Positions 36,520 to 45,473 of a stretch of 64,000 bases of DNA are shown here, one piece after another (the first letter of the stretch is position 1; each line of letters starts with the position of its first letter). Where the stretch lies: positions 779-64,778 of the IMG/VR virus record IMGVR_UViG_3300045996_000612; one strand, written 5' to 3'. The position numbers and the translations under genes are program-made. The notes beneath the pieces are model-generated. The model saw only the letters and a list, made by a program, of their open reading frames with translations. It was not told the DNA's origin and did no database searches. This DNA is from a virus. Its lineage: Duplodnaviria > Caudoviricetes.

Positions 36520-36811
36520 GTTGGTATCGGTCCTTGCTGGTAGCGAACGCCAGCGACAATACCAACAGATTGACCAACAACAAGCCGCGACGGGCCGGGA
36601 CTGCGCGGCACCGCGCGGGACGCTGAAACCGTTGTTTTCCTTGGATTTCCTGGCTGGCTGGGTCTGGCCGGGACCGGGTAGTGGTAGCGGAGGAGAGGTT
36701 CACATTGGCGCATCAAGTGCCTGAGAACACTGCGCTTTCACCTGCTACCACGGTTCCGATACCAACGCCGATACCAACACACCGGCGGGACGCGCCGGGA
36801 CGTCGTGGGAC
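36520..36811. other. attP region with arm-type repeats
   Basis: (CCG)ATACCAAC at 36520-36530 (inverted), 36559, 36571, 36756 and 36768; GGGAC repeats at 10-bp period on both flanks; central tRNA-3'-like CTCCGCTACCA on the minus strand. Confidence 0.7.
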
Positions 36812-36835
36812 TGGTTTGCTGTGGAAAGGTCCGGC

Positions 36836-36970
36836 TCAGCGGTTATACCGCGTCATCAGCGGCCAGCCAAGCTGGCGCCGGATTTCGTCGATCGATGGTG
36901 GTGGGGTTCTGTCGCGCTGGCGCTGCTGCATGTAGGCGCGGGCGGCTTCTTTGGAAGGCTTCTGCTGCAT
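36836..36970 (-). CDS. 44-aa conserved small protein
   Basis: GGGAG SD; MQQKPSKEAARAYMQQRQRDRTPPPSIDEIRRQLGWPLMTRYNR; recalled as a family common in Oxalobacteraceae. Confidence 0.6.
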   Translation of the reverse strand: MQQKPSKEAARAYMQQRQRDRTPPPSIDEIRRQLGWPLMTRYNR

Positions 36971-37058
36971 GACGTGCTCCCGGTGGGACAACGATCAAAA
37001 CAACTGGTGTGGTGGCCGGGCTGTCCCGGCTAGACGCATTTCCCGAAGTTACGCGGTT

Positions 37059-37137
37059 CACCACAAGAAGCCACCGTCGGTTTCCCCCGAAACACCGACT
37101 GATCTGAATTTGTCGGAGACGGTGGCTTCTTGTAGTG
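37059..37137 (-). ncRNA. Three-way-junction structured RNA
   Basis: 20-bp stem 37059-37078/37118-37137 (one G-U pair on minus strand) with CCGAC/GTCGG and GTTTC/GAAAC inner helices. Confidence 0.5.
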
Positions 37138-37303
37138 CCTGTCTTCCCAGGCTGCCAGATGCCACCTCCACCCGCGCATCACAGGTCACTCGTCCGTCCA
37201 TTTGACCGTGGACAGCACCCGAAGGCTGGGTGTTCGCTCGGCTCCCCAAACGCGACCATTATGCCAGTGGCACGCGGCAAGGGTTATTGATTTTCGCTAT
37301 TGT

Positions 37304-37585
37304 TTACGCGGCAGCGGTAGCGTCCTCGCCGGCCACGTACTGCTTCAGGCCGTCCACGCCTAGTTCGCGCTTCATGGCGCCGATGCCCCAGCCGGTCACT
37401 TCGTGGAAGCGGATCAGTAGGTCGTTGCCGAACGGCAGGCGGCCATGGCGGGTTTTCGAGATCACCGGCGGCTGGACTTTCAGCACGCGGCACAGCGCGG
37501 CGTCGTTCTTCAGCCCCAATTCGGTCAGCGCGCGGTCGAGCAGATCATTGGCTGCGCCAGCGTTGGTTTGGACGGCAGATGGCAT
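37304..37585 (-). CDS. XRE-like HTH protein
   Basis: LLD.....L.LKNDAAL.R.L.V.PPVISK.RHGRLP....LLIR.HE; recalled as an Oxalobacteraceae-type family. Confidence 0.8.
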   Translation of the reverse strand: MPSAVQTNAGAANDLLDRALTELGLKNDAALCRVLKVQPPVISKTRHGRLPFGNDLLIRFHEVTGWGIGAMKRELGVDGLKQYVAGEDATAAA

Positions 37586-37673
37586 TTTTCACCCCTTATT
37601 TTTGATTGGCCAGAACGTCTCCGGCAGGAAACGTTACTGTACATCAAATTAGGGATGATGGGAAAGTTTTCTG

Positions 37674-37844
37674 TCAGGATTTGGCAACAGCCGTCAGAAC
37701 GGACCCGGCGAACATCCCGGCCAGGCCGTAGGCGATCGGCATGCCGCCGAGATAAATGCCTACCGCGCCGGCGACGGCGGCGGCACACGACAGCAGGCCG
37801 CACTTGCTGGTCACGGCTTCATAGGCGAGTTTGGCATAGTACAT
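37674..37844 (-). CDS. 56-aa small membrane protein
   Basis: GGGAGG SD; two Gly/Ala-rich hydrophobic segments. Confidence 0.6.
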   Translation of the reverse strand: MYYAKLAYEAVTSKCGLLSCAAAVAGAVGIYLGGMPIAYGLAGMFAGSVLTAVAKS

Positions 37845-37990
37845 GATGTACCTCCCAGGAAATTGGTTCGATTGCCATAGCATAGCAAAGCTACGCCGCG
37901 GCGGTTCGATTTTCGCCAACATGGCTTAATCGTTTTTTGGCCTCGCGCCCGGTTTCTATAAGAAATCGTGGTGGTCTATGCGTTTTGGCG

Positions 37991-38066
37991 AAAAAAAAGC
38001 CCTCGTTTATAAGCGAGGGCAAAGGCCGCGCGCAGGAGCGCGGCTGGAGAGACTGTCGCTATTATC
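37991..38066 (-). ncRNA. Terminator of late operon, possibly also a stand-alone anti-SD sRNA
   Basis: TG-n-GATAAT, then GTCTCTCC, hairpin GCCGCG-CTCCTG-CGCGCGGC, then GCCCTCG-CTTATAAA-CGAGGGC-T8. Confidence 0.5.
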
Positions 38067-38072
38067 CCACGC

Positions 38073-39545
38073 TTACCGCTTCCTGCGCCGAACGCTGATG
38101 CAGCGCCACGGCGGCGCCGGCAGGGTGCTGAAGATGCGGGACACGCTGGCGGTCGAGTTGACGGTGATCTGGTCCAGCGTGACGGCCAGGTCGGCCAGCA
38201 CCGGTGCCTGCACTGCCGCTTCTCCTTGCGAGGCCAGCGTGACTGCGCCCAGGGTGACATTGAGCTCGCCGGAACTGGATGGCACGGGCTCATCGCCTTC
38301 CATCGCCGCGGCCGGCTCGCCGCTGATCCCGATGACGCTGAACGGCTGCGTGCCTGACACCACCGCCGAGCCGCCCGAGTTGAACAGCGTGATGGTGAAG
38401 GTGTAATTACCCGGCTCGATGTCGACCAGCGAGTAGGTGCCAGCGCCAGCAGCGAAGGTGGCCGTGCCGTTATTGATCTGGGCGCCGCTGGTTGTGTCTG
38501 CCGGCGCCGCGACGACGGTGATACTGTCCACCACGCCCACATAGGTGAACGACCCGTCCATGGTTTGCCCATCCGGCGCGGGCTGGCTGGTGATCGATCC
38601 AGTAGGCAGCGGGACGGCCGGGACGAGCTGCACGGCGCCGACGTCGGGATCCAGGCCGCGGTTGTTCCCGCGCGCGTCGTTGATGGACTTGGCCGAGTCG
38701 GTGGCGTTGCCCAGCAGCGGGCTGCCGGCGGCGGGTCGGAAATCCGATGTGTCCGACACCACGAAGGGGTTGACCGTATCGACCGTGAAGCCGGCACGCG
38801 CGGTCGCCATGGCGATGTTGGTGTAGTTGCCGGAGATCGTGCCGCTGGTGCCGACATACGGCGTGTCGCCCACATTGACGAAGGCGTTGTTCTCGATCCT
38901 GGCCGAGCTGGTGGTGTTGAGGATCGCGCCCACCGCGTCATTCAGGGCGACGAACGTGTTTCGGGAAAACGTCGTCGAGGTGTTCGACCCCACGGTGGAC
39001 ACGCCCGACACGCGCACCACCAGGTTGTCGGTGAACACATTGCCGATGTTGTACTCGCCCATGGCGACGCAACTGGCGTTCGACGTGTCTGCGACGATCC
39101 GGCTGCGACGGATGCCGCAAATGGCGGCCGGGAGCGATGCCCCGTTGGGGTTCGGGCCGCCAAAGCTCATCACGCCGGAGCCGATGACGTTGACGCGGAA
39201 CCCCTCGATCACCACGCCGCGCTGGATCTTCAGGTTCGAGCTCACGGTGATCGCAAGCCCTTCCGTGCCGACATCGAACGGGCCGTCAGGGTGAAAGTCG
39301 TTTTCGGCCAGGCCAGGCACCGGCCGGATAATACAGTAGAAGGCCGTGCTGGACGTGCCGACCCGAAGGTTGGCGGTGAGCGCGAACCCTTCGTAGCACT
39401 CGATGATCAGCATCTCCTGCGCCGCGACGAGATTCTGCGCGGCGGTGTAAGAGGCCAGTTGCGCGACCGTCTGGAGCGTCTGGCCGGCGCCGTACGGGAC
39501 GACACGGATGCCGGGCGATGACGGGGTTGGGGTGATGGTCGGCAT
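38073..39545 (-). CDS. Putative fibre/adhesin with beta-helix-like region
   Basis: 490 aa; Asn-ladder repeats, DFRP.AGSPLL..A...D..G..R...PD.GA motif; C-terminal L.VTL....L.S.G repeats. Confidence 0.65.
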   Translation of the reverse strand: MPTITPTPSSPGIRVVPYGAGQTLQTVAQLASYTAAQNLVAAQEMLIIECYEGFALTANLRVGTSSTAFYCIIRPVPGLAENDFHPDGPFDVGTEGLAITVSSNLKIQRGVVIEGFRVNVIGSGVMSFGGPNPNGASLPAAICGIRRSRIVADTSNASCVAMGEYNIGNVFTDNLVVRVSGVSTVGSNTSTTFSRNTFVALNDAVGAILNTTSSARIENNAFVNVGDTPYVGTSGTISGNYTNIAMATARAGFTVDTVNPFVVSDTSDFRPAAGSPLLGNATDSAKSINDARGNNRGLDPDVGAVQLVPAVPLPTGSITSQPAPDGQTMDGSFTYVGVVDSITVVAAPADTTSGAQINNGTATFAAGAGTYSLVDIEPGNYTFTITLFNSGGSAVVSGTQPFSVIGISGEPAAAMEGDEPVPSSSGELNVTLGAVTLASQGEAAVQAPVLADLAVTLDQITVNSTASVSRIFSTLPAPPWRCISVRRRKR

Positions 39546-39566
39546 GGTGTGCGGGGTGCTTGTCGG

Positions 39567-42161
39567 TTAAGCGGCCAGGACCGGCGGGCCGACGTAGGCC
39601 GGCGGGTTGAAGAAGCCGAACGATGCGATGCGATATGACCAGGCGTGCGTTGTCGATGCGGCGATCTCGTCGTAATACCCTTGCATCACCGCGATGGCTT
39701 GATCCAGGCGAGGCACATTCATCTCCGGGAAGTAGTCCCGCAGGATGTACAGGAACTGGGCACGCATGTGCTTGGTGTTGTAGTTGTCCGGCGTGAACGT
39801 TTCATAGCCGCTGACACGCCCGCCGATCTCGCCGGTCGGCTTGCGAATCCAGTCCAGCAGATTGTTGGGCGGGCAAATCTGGCCCCAGTGCTGAGGATGA
39901 ACGAACGCATCGGCAGGCGAGGAGTAGTCAGGAACGTAGGCAGCGTTGTTGTCCCAGCGGCCGTTGCAATCCACAAAGATGCCGACCGCCTGCTTTGCCA
40001 GGCACTCCATCATGAAGTCCAAGATCCACGCGCACTTGGCGGACTTGGCTTTCATCGCGGCCAGGAAACCGGTCTGCTTCATGAACATGAACAGCGCGCC
40101 ATGGTAGTAGGTCTTGTGATCGCTGTTCGGGCGCAGGTAGATCAGGTCACCGACACGTTCAGGCTCGAACACCATGCCGAGATTGCGCAGCGCATGGCCC
40201 CGGATACTGTCCTCCAGGGACAGCGGCTGCATCACGTCATACATCTGCTCCAGCCACTTCTTCATGGAGTTCTCATACTCCGATGCGGAGATGAGCTTGG
40301 GATGGCTGCTGCTCGCCACCCAGCATTTGGCGTGCGTGGCGATATACCAGGCCGACTGCCGGGTCAGGAAAACACTGCGCTGAAACCCCTCGTTGATGTC
40401 GTACGTCACCATTTTGAGAAAGTGGAACGAGTGAGGCGCTTCCAGAATGCCGTGCGCGCTGCGGAGCATATAGGCGCTGTCGGCGCCCGACATCATGCTG
40501 TGGTGGACGTCCTTGCTCCATTCATTGGTGAACGGGCGGCCGTACTTATCCTTGAAGCCATAGCCATTGTCGTATGACTTGCCATTGGTGGCGATGAGCT
40601 GACGGAATGAGTTGTTGGCGGCATCCGGCTTGTTGGGATCGCCATAATACGCATCCGTGACGAAGTAGTCGGAATTGAACGACTTCTGCTTGTTGATGCC
40701 AATGCCCTGTTCGACATCGGTAAAGAAGTGCACACCCTCGTTGGCGGCGCCGCGCAGGAAGTCACGGTGCATCTCTTCCCATGGCACCGCGCCGTGGATG
40801 CGCACGCCATTCGGCTCGCTGGCGTGCATGGTCGTGATGTGCGACCACAGGGCGCGATCCTGCCGCGGCCCGCCATCACCGTTGTACCAGGTGCGCAAGC
40901 AGGTCGAGCCCGGCTCGAAGCCCCAGCCGATGAACTGGGTGCGGTAGTTCTCGCGGATCACCTGCGCGAATGCCATGTTCGGGTCGACGATGTTGGTGTC
41001 CAGGCCGCCGGCGTGCTTTCGCGCCCACTTGGGAGCGTACTTCACATGGCCCAAGCCACTCCAGTTCGCCTGGTTCCGGGTGAGCAGCGGCCAGCGATCG
41101 CTGAAGGAGCCGAACGCCGACAGGTTCTTCGGGTTGCGGCTTTCCAGGGTGACGCCAGGGCACACATGCCGGAAGAATTCATTTTCCTTGGGCTTGTGCG
41201 ACTCCCAGGTCAATTCCATCGCACAGGTCCAGAATGGCTGGCATCCCTGGTTCCAGTGCTCTGCCTTCTGGCCGGCATGGTTGATCGGCTTGCCTGTGCC
41301 GGGAACGCCGTTGACGCGCGTGGACGTCAACTCGAACCATTCCAGCGTCGTCCCGTCCACGGCGAACAGCTCGCCCTTGAAGGCAAGCGGGGCCATCGTG
41401 TCGACGAGCCTGTTCAGGTCTTTTCGGAACGGCCACGATGCCCAGCGCCCGTGCGGCATGGCGCGGACGCGCACCGCGTGCATCGGCTCGGATGCGTCGT
41501 TGTTGACCTCCGAATTCATCGAGGCCACCGCCATGCCGAATAGGTACGCGTCGCCACCCGTGCCCAGAACCACGCCACCGCCAACCGGGGTATGCATCAG
41601 TTTGATGTCGCCGAACTGCGCCGCCATCCAGGGCACATCCAGCACGATGTCGTCGTCCCGCACACTGGCGTAGCAGGTGCCGGTCAGGACCGGATTGGCC
41701 TCATCGGCATAGTCCCAGATGCGGACCCCGGCCGGGGTCTTCGGGTGCTGCGATGGCGTCAGGAAGCCGGTGCCCGACGGCAGCCACTTGGGCGCCTTGA
41801 TGCGGATGCCCGACACGAACCCGACCCCACTGTTGGCTGTCAGGTTGCCACTGAGGATGAAGTCGCAGCCGGAGCCGGGCAGGCCCAGCGTGCCCTCGAC
41901 GACTTTGCCATTTCCCTCGATGCGCAGCACGCCAGTGCCGGTGGAAAGATCCACCACGTTCTTGGTAGTGATGCCCTTCACCTTGCCGATGCTGGTGATG
42001 TTGCCGCCGAGAGTGGTTATTGGCCCAGTCAGCCCGACGTTCAGGAATTCGACCCCATCAAGCAGGCAGCGCACCCGGCGCGAATTGCCGAGCGCGGCGA
42101 TCACATTGTTCGCCCACTGCAGCTTGGTGGTGGCGGGATTGGGGAAATTCAGGGTCAGCAT
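39567..42161 (-). CDS. Large putative virion-attached carbohydrate-active protein
   Basis: 864 aa; N-terminal ~120 aa resembles the 44282-44686 subunit; aromatic-rich helical C-terminus. Confidence 0.55.
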   Translation of the reverse strand: MLTLNFPNPATTKLQWANNVIAALGNSRRVRCLLDGVEFLNVGLTGPITTLGGNITSIGKVKGITTKNVVDLSTGTGVLRIEGNGKVVEGTLGLPGSGCDFILSGNLTANSGVGFVSGIRIKAPKWLPSGTGFLTPSQHPKTPAGVRIWDYADEANPVLTGTCYASVRDDDIVLDVPWMAAQFGDIKLMHTPVGGGVVLGTGGDAYLFGMAVASMNSEVNNDASEPMHAVRVRAMPHGRWASWPFRKDLNRLVDTMAPLAFKGELFAVDGTTLEWFELTSTRVNGVPGTGKPINHAGQKAEHWNQGCQPFWTCAMELTWESHKPKENEFFRHVCPGVTLESRNPKNLSAFGSFSDRWPLLTRNQANWSGLGHVKYAPKWARKHAGGLDTNIVDPNMAFAQVIRENYRTQFIGWGFEPGSTCLRTWYNGDGGPRQDRALWSHITTMHASEPNGVRIHGAVPWEEMHRDFLRGAANEGVHFFTDVEQGIGINKQKSFNSDYFVTDAYYGDPNKPDAANNSFRQLIATNGKSYDNGYGFKDKYGRPFTNEWSKDVHHSMMSGADSAYMLRSAHGILEAPHSFHFLKMVTYDINEGFQRSVFLTRQSAWYIATHAKCWVASSSHPKLISASEYENSMKKWLEQMYDVMQPLSLEDSIRGHALRNLGMVFEPERVGDLIYLRPNSDHKTYYHGALFMFMKQTGFLAAMKAKSAKCAWILDFMMECLAKQAVGIFVDCNGRWDNNAAYVPDYSSPADAFVHPQHWGQICPPNNLLDWIRKPTGEIGGRVSGYETFTPDNYNTKHMRAQFLYILRDYFPEMNVPRLDQAIAVMQGYYDEIAASTTHAWSYRIASFGFFNPPAYVGPPVLAA

Positions 42162-42179
42162 GGTGGGTGTCCAGTGGCG

Positions 42180-43460
42180 TCACGCCTCGCGGCGCACACG
42201 GATGAGGCGATCGTCTTTCGGGATGCGGATGGTCCGGGCCTGCGCCAATCGACTATCGAAGAAGATCAGGCGCGCCCGGCTGGTGAGGGACATGGCGCCC
42301 AGCGTGGCGGCCAGGGTGGCGCTGATTGGGAGCGAGCCGGAGGATACCGTCTGTGCAGCGCCCAGTGTGATGTTGGCCGTGCCGCGGATGGACACGGTGC
42401 CTGCCGACGCCAGCGACACGGCGCCGAGTGATCGGCTTAGCGTCGCGGTGATCGTCGTGTTGGCAGTCGATCCCGCTGCATTCAGACTGATCGCGCCGAG
42501 GCTCTTGGCGAGCGCGCCGGACACCGCAACTGCGCCGGCACTGGATGCGGTAGTTGCGCCCAGCGCCGCATTGAGCGCTGCGTTGACACCGGGCGTAGAC
42601 GCCGTTGCCGTGGATGACAAGGTTGCCGCACCGAGCGACTTGCTGAGCGCGCCGGCGATTCCGACCGAGCCGGAGCTGGCGACCGTCGTGGCGCCGAGCG
42701 TGATATTCAGGTTGGCGCCACCATTCGGAGCGACATACGCAAAGTCATCGCTCTCTTCGGGGTCTTGAAAGACCTGCCAGAAATTTGCACCAAGCGATTC
42801 AAGCTCGTCGAGACTGAGGGCGCGCATAACAACGCCACCTGGCCCCATCCGCCCGTTCCAGGTATTGTTCGGTGCTTGCTGGCGTCCGCCGTGGTAGAAA
42901 TTGCCATCACCAGCAAGCCACGCCCCAGTGTGGGTGGCAGTCCCAGTTGACACAATGTTGGTGGTTAGATTGCGCAGGTAAAATTGAACCGCCCCGGTGG
43001 CGTGCACGTAGCTGGCAGCAAAAAAATACGGCGTGTCGTTCACGGGGTTGAACGGCGAAGATACGTCAATGACGCCGGGCTTACTAAAAATCAGGCGCGA
43101 CAGCGGGCTGGAGAAGCCAAGCGCAGCGCCGCCGCTGACGGTGTTCGCCGTCCCCATCAGGATGCGGCTGGTGCCGGTGCCGAACTTCTTGAAAACGCAC
43201 CAGAGCGTGATGTCGACTCCGGTGCCGGCATAGCCTGTACCGTCGGTCGCCGCCCACGCATCATTGGTGCCGTCAACGGCGAGCGCAATTCCGCCCAACG
43301 TCGCGTCTGCCAGCTTCACAATGTTGCCGTAAGCCGTCAGCACTCGCCCGTTGACGACGTTCGTTTGCGATGCTGGGTTGACCAGAAATGCGTGATCTTT
43401 CGCCAGCGACGTGCCGGCAAGTCGCTGCAACCCTTGCGGCTGAATCCGCATGCCGCTCAC
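42180..43460 (-). CDS. Fibre protein: LamG/ConA-like domain plus Ala/Ser/Gly repeats
   Basis: GTG start; WNG.......RALS.DE..SL..N.WQ.F; about seven A.L...LGA..L...G repeats. Confidence 0.7.
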   Translation of the reverse strand: MSGMRIQPQGLQRLAGTSLAKDHAFLVNPASQTNVVNGRVLTAYGNIVKLADATLGGIALAVDGTNDAWAATDGTGYAGTGVDITLWCVFKKFGTGTSRILMGTANTVSGGAALGFSSPLSRLIFSKPGVIDVSSPFNPVNDTPYFFAASYVHATGAVQFYLRNLTTNIVSTGTATHTGAWLAGDGNFYHGGRQQAPNNTWNGRMGPGGVVMRALSLDELESLGANFWQVFQDPEESDDFAYVAPNGGANLNITLGATTVASSGSVGIAGALSKSLGAATLSSTATASTPGVNAALNAALGATTASSAGAVAVSGALAKSLGAISLNAAGSTANTTITATLSRSLGAVSLASAGTVSIRGTANITLGAAQTVSSGSLPISATLAATLGAMSLTSRARLIFFDSRLAQARTIRIPKDDRLIRVRREA

Positions 43461-43829
43461 TTACAGCCCCGTTTCGGCTTGCAGGTAGGCTTCGACCGTT
43501 ACGGGATTGGTCGCGTTTCCGTAAGCAATAGCGCGCAGATACATCACACCGCGGCCTAACGGGACAGTCCCGCTCGATACACTGGCGCTGATAAGATCAG
43601 ACGCGACGACGGTTTGATGGTCGTACCAGTTGGTGCCGTCGTGCGACGCCTGGAAGACCATGACGCACGGCGCCGTGACCGTTCCAACGTTCGTCATTTT
43701 CCAGGTCAGTGTGCCGCTGTAATACGCGCGCACATCGACGCTGCTTCCTGCTTGCGGCGATGCCTTGGTCGTGCCTGCCGCGCATGAGACTGGGGCCAGG
43801 ATTGTGACCGATGATTTTGTGCTTGGCAT
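43461..43829 (-). CDS. Small beta-rich virion-associated protein
   Basis: 122 aa; Q.S.DG.NW.D...YLR motif. Confidence 0.65.
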   Translation of the reverse strand: MPSTKSSVTILAPVSCAAGTTKASPQAGSSVDVRAYYSGTLTWKMTNVGTVTAPCVMVFQASHDGTNWYDHQTVVASDLISASVSSGTVPLGRGVMYLRAIAYGNATNPVTVEAYLQAETGL

Positions 43830-43832
43830 GAA

Positions 43833-44255
43833 TTATCTTTCCGAGCCGTCGGCATTAAACAGCGCGTCGGCCACGTCGATGAAGAAGTAGGTTGCCGGGC
43901 TTTTGCCGAGCGCGCAGAGGGCATCCGCCTGCGCCTGCGTCAGCAGGGAGCCGACGAACGACTGTACGGTTGCTTGCGCCAGCGGGCTGCCAATCCTGAA
44001 CCGGCCTTCCGCAATCAGCGGCTTGACGTACCGAAATGCAGCGGTCTGGTTGATGGCGTCCAGGAAGGAGTTGGCCGCCTCGATGCCAAGCACCTCGATG
44101 ATCGTGCCGTTGCCGATCTCGCGATCATTCGGCGTAGTGCGACCTACCGACATGATCGCTGCGATGGCATGGCAGTCGCGCGCGGCATAAGCAGCAGCGC
44201 ATGCCGGGTTCGCCTTAACGGCGGCACGGAATGCCGCCTGCTCTTGTGGGGTCAT
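43833..44255 (-). CDS. Conserved fibre-module protein
   Basis: 140 aa helical; MTP.....I...LT...ADAL.AL. Confidence 0.65.
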   Translation of the reverse strand: MTPQEQAAFRAAVKANPACAAAYAARDCHAIAAIMSVGRTTPNDREIGNGTIIEVLGIEAANSFLDAINQTAAFRYVKPLIAEGRFRIGSPLAQATVQSFVGSLLTQAQADALCALGKSPATYFFIDVADALFNADGSER

Positions 44256-44281
44256 GCTCGCCCTTTCGTGGAAAGCGCCGA

Positions 44282-44686
44282 TCAGGCGTTGGCGGCCGTC
44301 AGTGCGAACGTGTTCACTGTAACGGCCTGGCTGACCGCGATGCTGGTGTTATCCAGGGTCATGTCGCCGCCGCCGCCGGTCGCGGTCACGGTGCCCTGCA
44401 TGTGGCAGGTGGTGCCGGCGTTATCGACGATGCGGAAGTGTCCTGCGGTGCCGGCGGCGGCGCCGGTGCCAGACCAGGTGCCAGCCTTGGCTTTCGATCC
44501 AGCCGAAGCGGCGGCCATCCAGTCGGCGGGGAGAGTGATTTCGGTAAGCAGGGTGCCGGCAGCGGCGGCAGCGCAATCGGTGGGAGGTGGGCCGGTGCGG
44601 ATCTGTGCTTTGACACTGGGGCCGGCGACGGTTTCGAATGAGTCCAGGCTGGCGTTGCGCGCAGCGACGGAAAGCTGAATTGCCAT
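44282..44686 (-). CDS. Virion fibre subunit-like structural protein
   Basis: AAGGAG SD; RNA.LD...I.TG..P.....A..GTLL, GTA..FRI, QG.V...G...D..L.N.SI...Q.V. Confidence 0.75.
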   Translation of the reverse strand: MAIQLSVAARNASLDSFETVAGPSVKAQIRTGPPPTDCAAAAAGTLLTEITLPADWMAAASAGSKAKAGTWSGTGAAAGTAGHFRIVDNAGTTCHMQGTVTATGGGGDMTLDNTSIAVSQAVTVNTFALTAANA

Positions 44687-45261
44687 TATTGCTCCTTGGT
44701 AGTGGATGAGTTGCAGACCGCGCGCATGCGGTTGTATTCGTCGATCAGTCGGTTCGTTTTTCGCACAAGTCTTGCACTGTCTGCGGCGACGACGAGAACA
44801 GCATCAGCAGCTTGCGGCAGGAGTGCGGTTCCTCCTTGATCGACAGGCTGACCGGCAGCGGCGGAACCTGCGGGCGCGCCGCCTCCACCAGCTTGACCTG
44901 CGGTTCGGGTTTCTGCGGTTGGGCAGCGCATCCCGCTAGTGCCAGCAAGAGCGGCAAGGCGGTGGGAATCCAATTTCGCTTCATACTTTTTCTCCAGGTC
45001 TTGGGCTTTCAGTTCGGCGGCGCGCACCTGATCGCGCAGCTCGTCCTCCTTCTTGCGTGCCACGTCATCCCGGCGCTTCTGCTCGACCAGCGCGGCCTCG
45101 TTGTTGGCGCGGTCCTGGCGGTCGCGCGCGGCGGTGACTTCATCGCGTCCCTGCTGGATCAGGTCAGCGCGCAGGTCGGCCAACCAGAAGCCCAGCGCCA
45201 CCACAGCCAGCGCCAGCGCGATCTCTTTCCACCAGCTCTTGAGAATGCCGAGCCCGATCAT
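44686..45261 (-). CDS. i-spanin (Rz-like)
   Basis: N-terminal TM plus coiled coil; contains an embedded lipoprotein gene. Confidence 0.8.
   Translation of the reverse strand: MIGLGILKSWWKEIALALAVVALGFWLADLRADLIQQGRDEVTAARDRQDRANNEAALVEQKRRDDVARKKEDELRDQVRAAELKAQDLEKKYEAKLDSHRLAALAGTSGMRCPTAETRTAGQAGGGGAPAGSAAAGQPVDQGGTALLPQAADAVLVVAADSARLVRKTNRLIDEYNRMRAVCNSSTTKEQ
44745..44984 (-). CDS. o-spanin (Rz1-like lipoprotein)
   Basis: GGAG SD; LAGC lipobox; Pro-rich; embedded out of frame in the i-spanin gene. Confidence 0.85.
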   Translation of the reverse strand: MKRNWIPTALPLLLALAGCAAQPQKPEPQVKLVEAARPQVPPLPVSLSIKEEPHSCRKLLMLFSSSPQTVQDLCEKRTD

Positions 45262-45473
45262 TTTTGCGCCAGGTCCGAATTGGTACGGAAACGCAGGCCC
45301 AGATTGACCACCACGACGGCGACACCGACCCACTTGTAGACGTTATCCGGCAGGTACTGCTGCGCCTCGGGCAGCGAGTCTTTGACGGCCTCATAGATCG
45401 GCAGCGCGGCCAGGAACACGCCGTTCAGCCACACCGTCAGCGAGCGCCACGCGCCCCGAAGTTTCTCTTTCAT
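45258..45473 (-). CDS. Second holin/antiholin-like membrane protein
   Basis: 71 aa, two TM segments, AW.S.TVW motif, between endolysin and spanin. Confidence 0.65.
   Translation of the reverse strand: MKEKLRGAWRSLTVWLNGVFLAALPIYEAVKDSLPEAQQYLPDNVYKWVGVAVVVVNLGLRFRTNSDLAQK

Noticed and set aside
36682-36700. tRNA gene at attP
   Set aside because: Only a short 3'-like fragment; no cloverleaf
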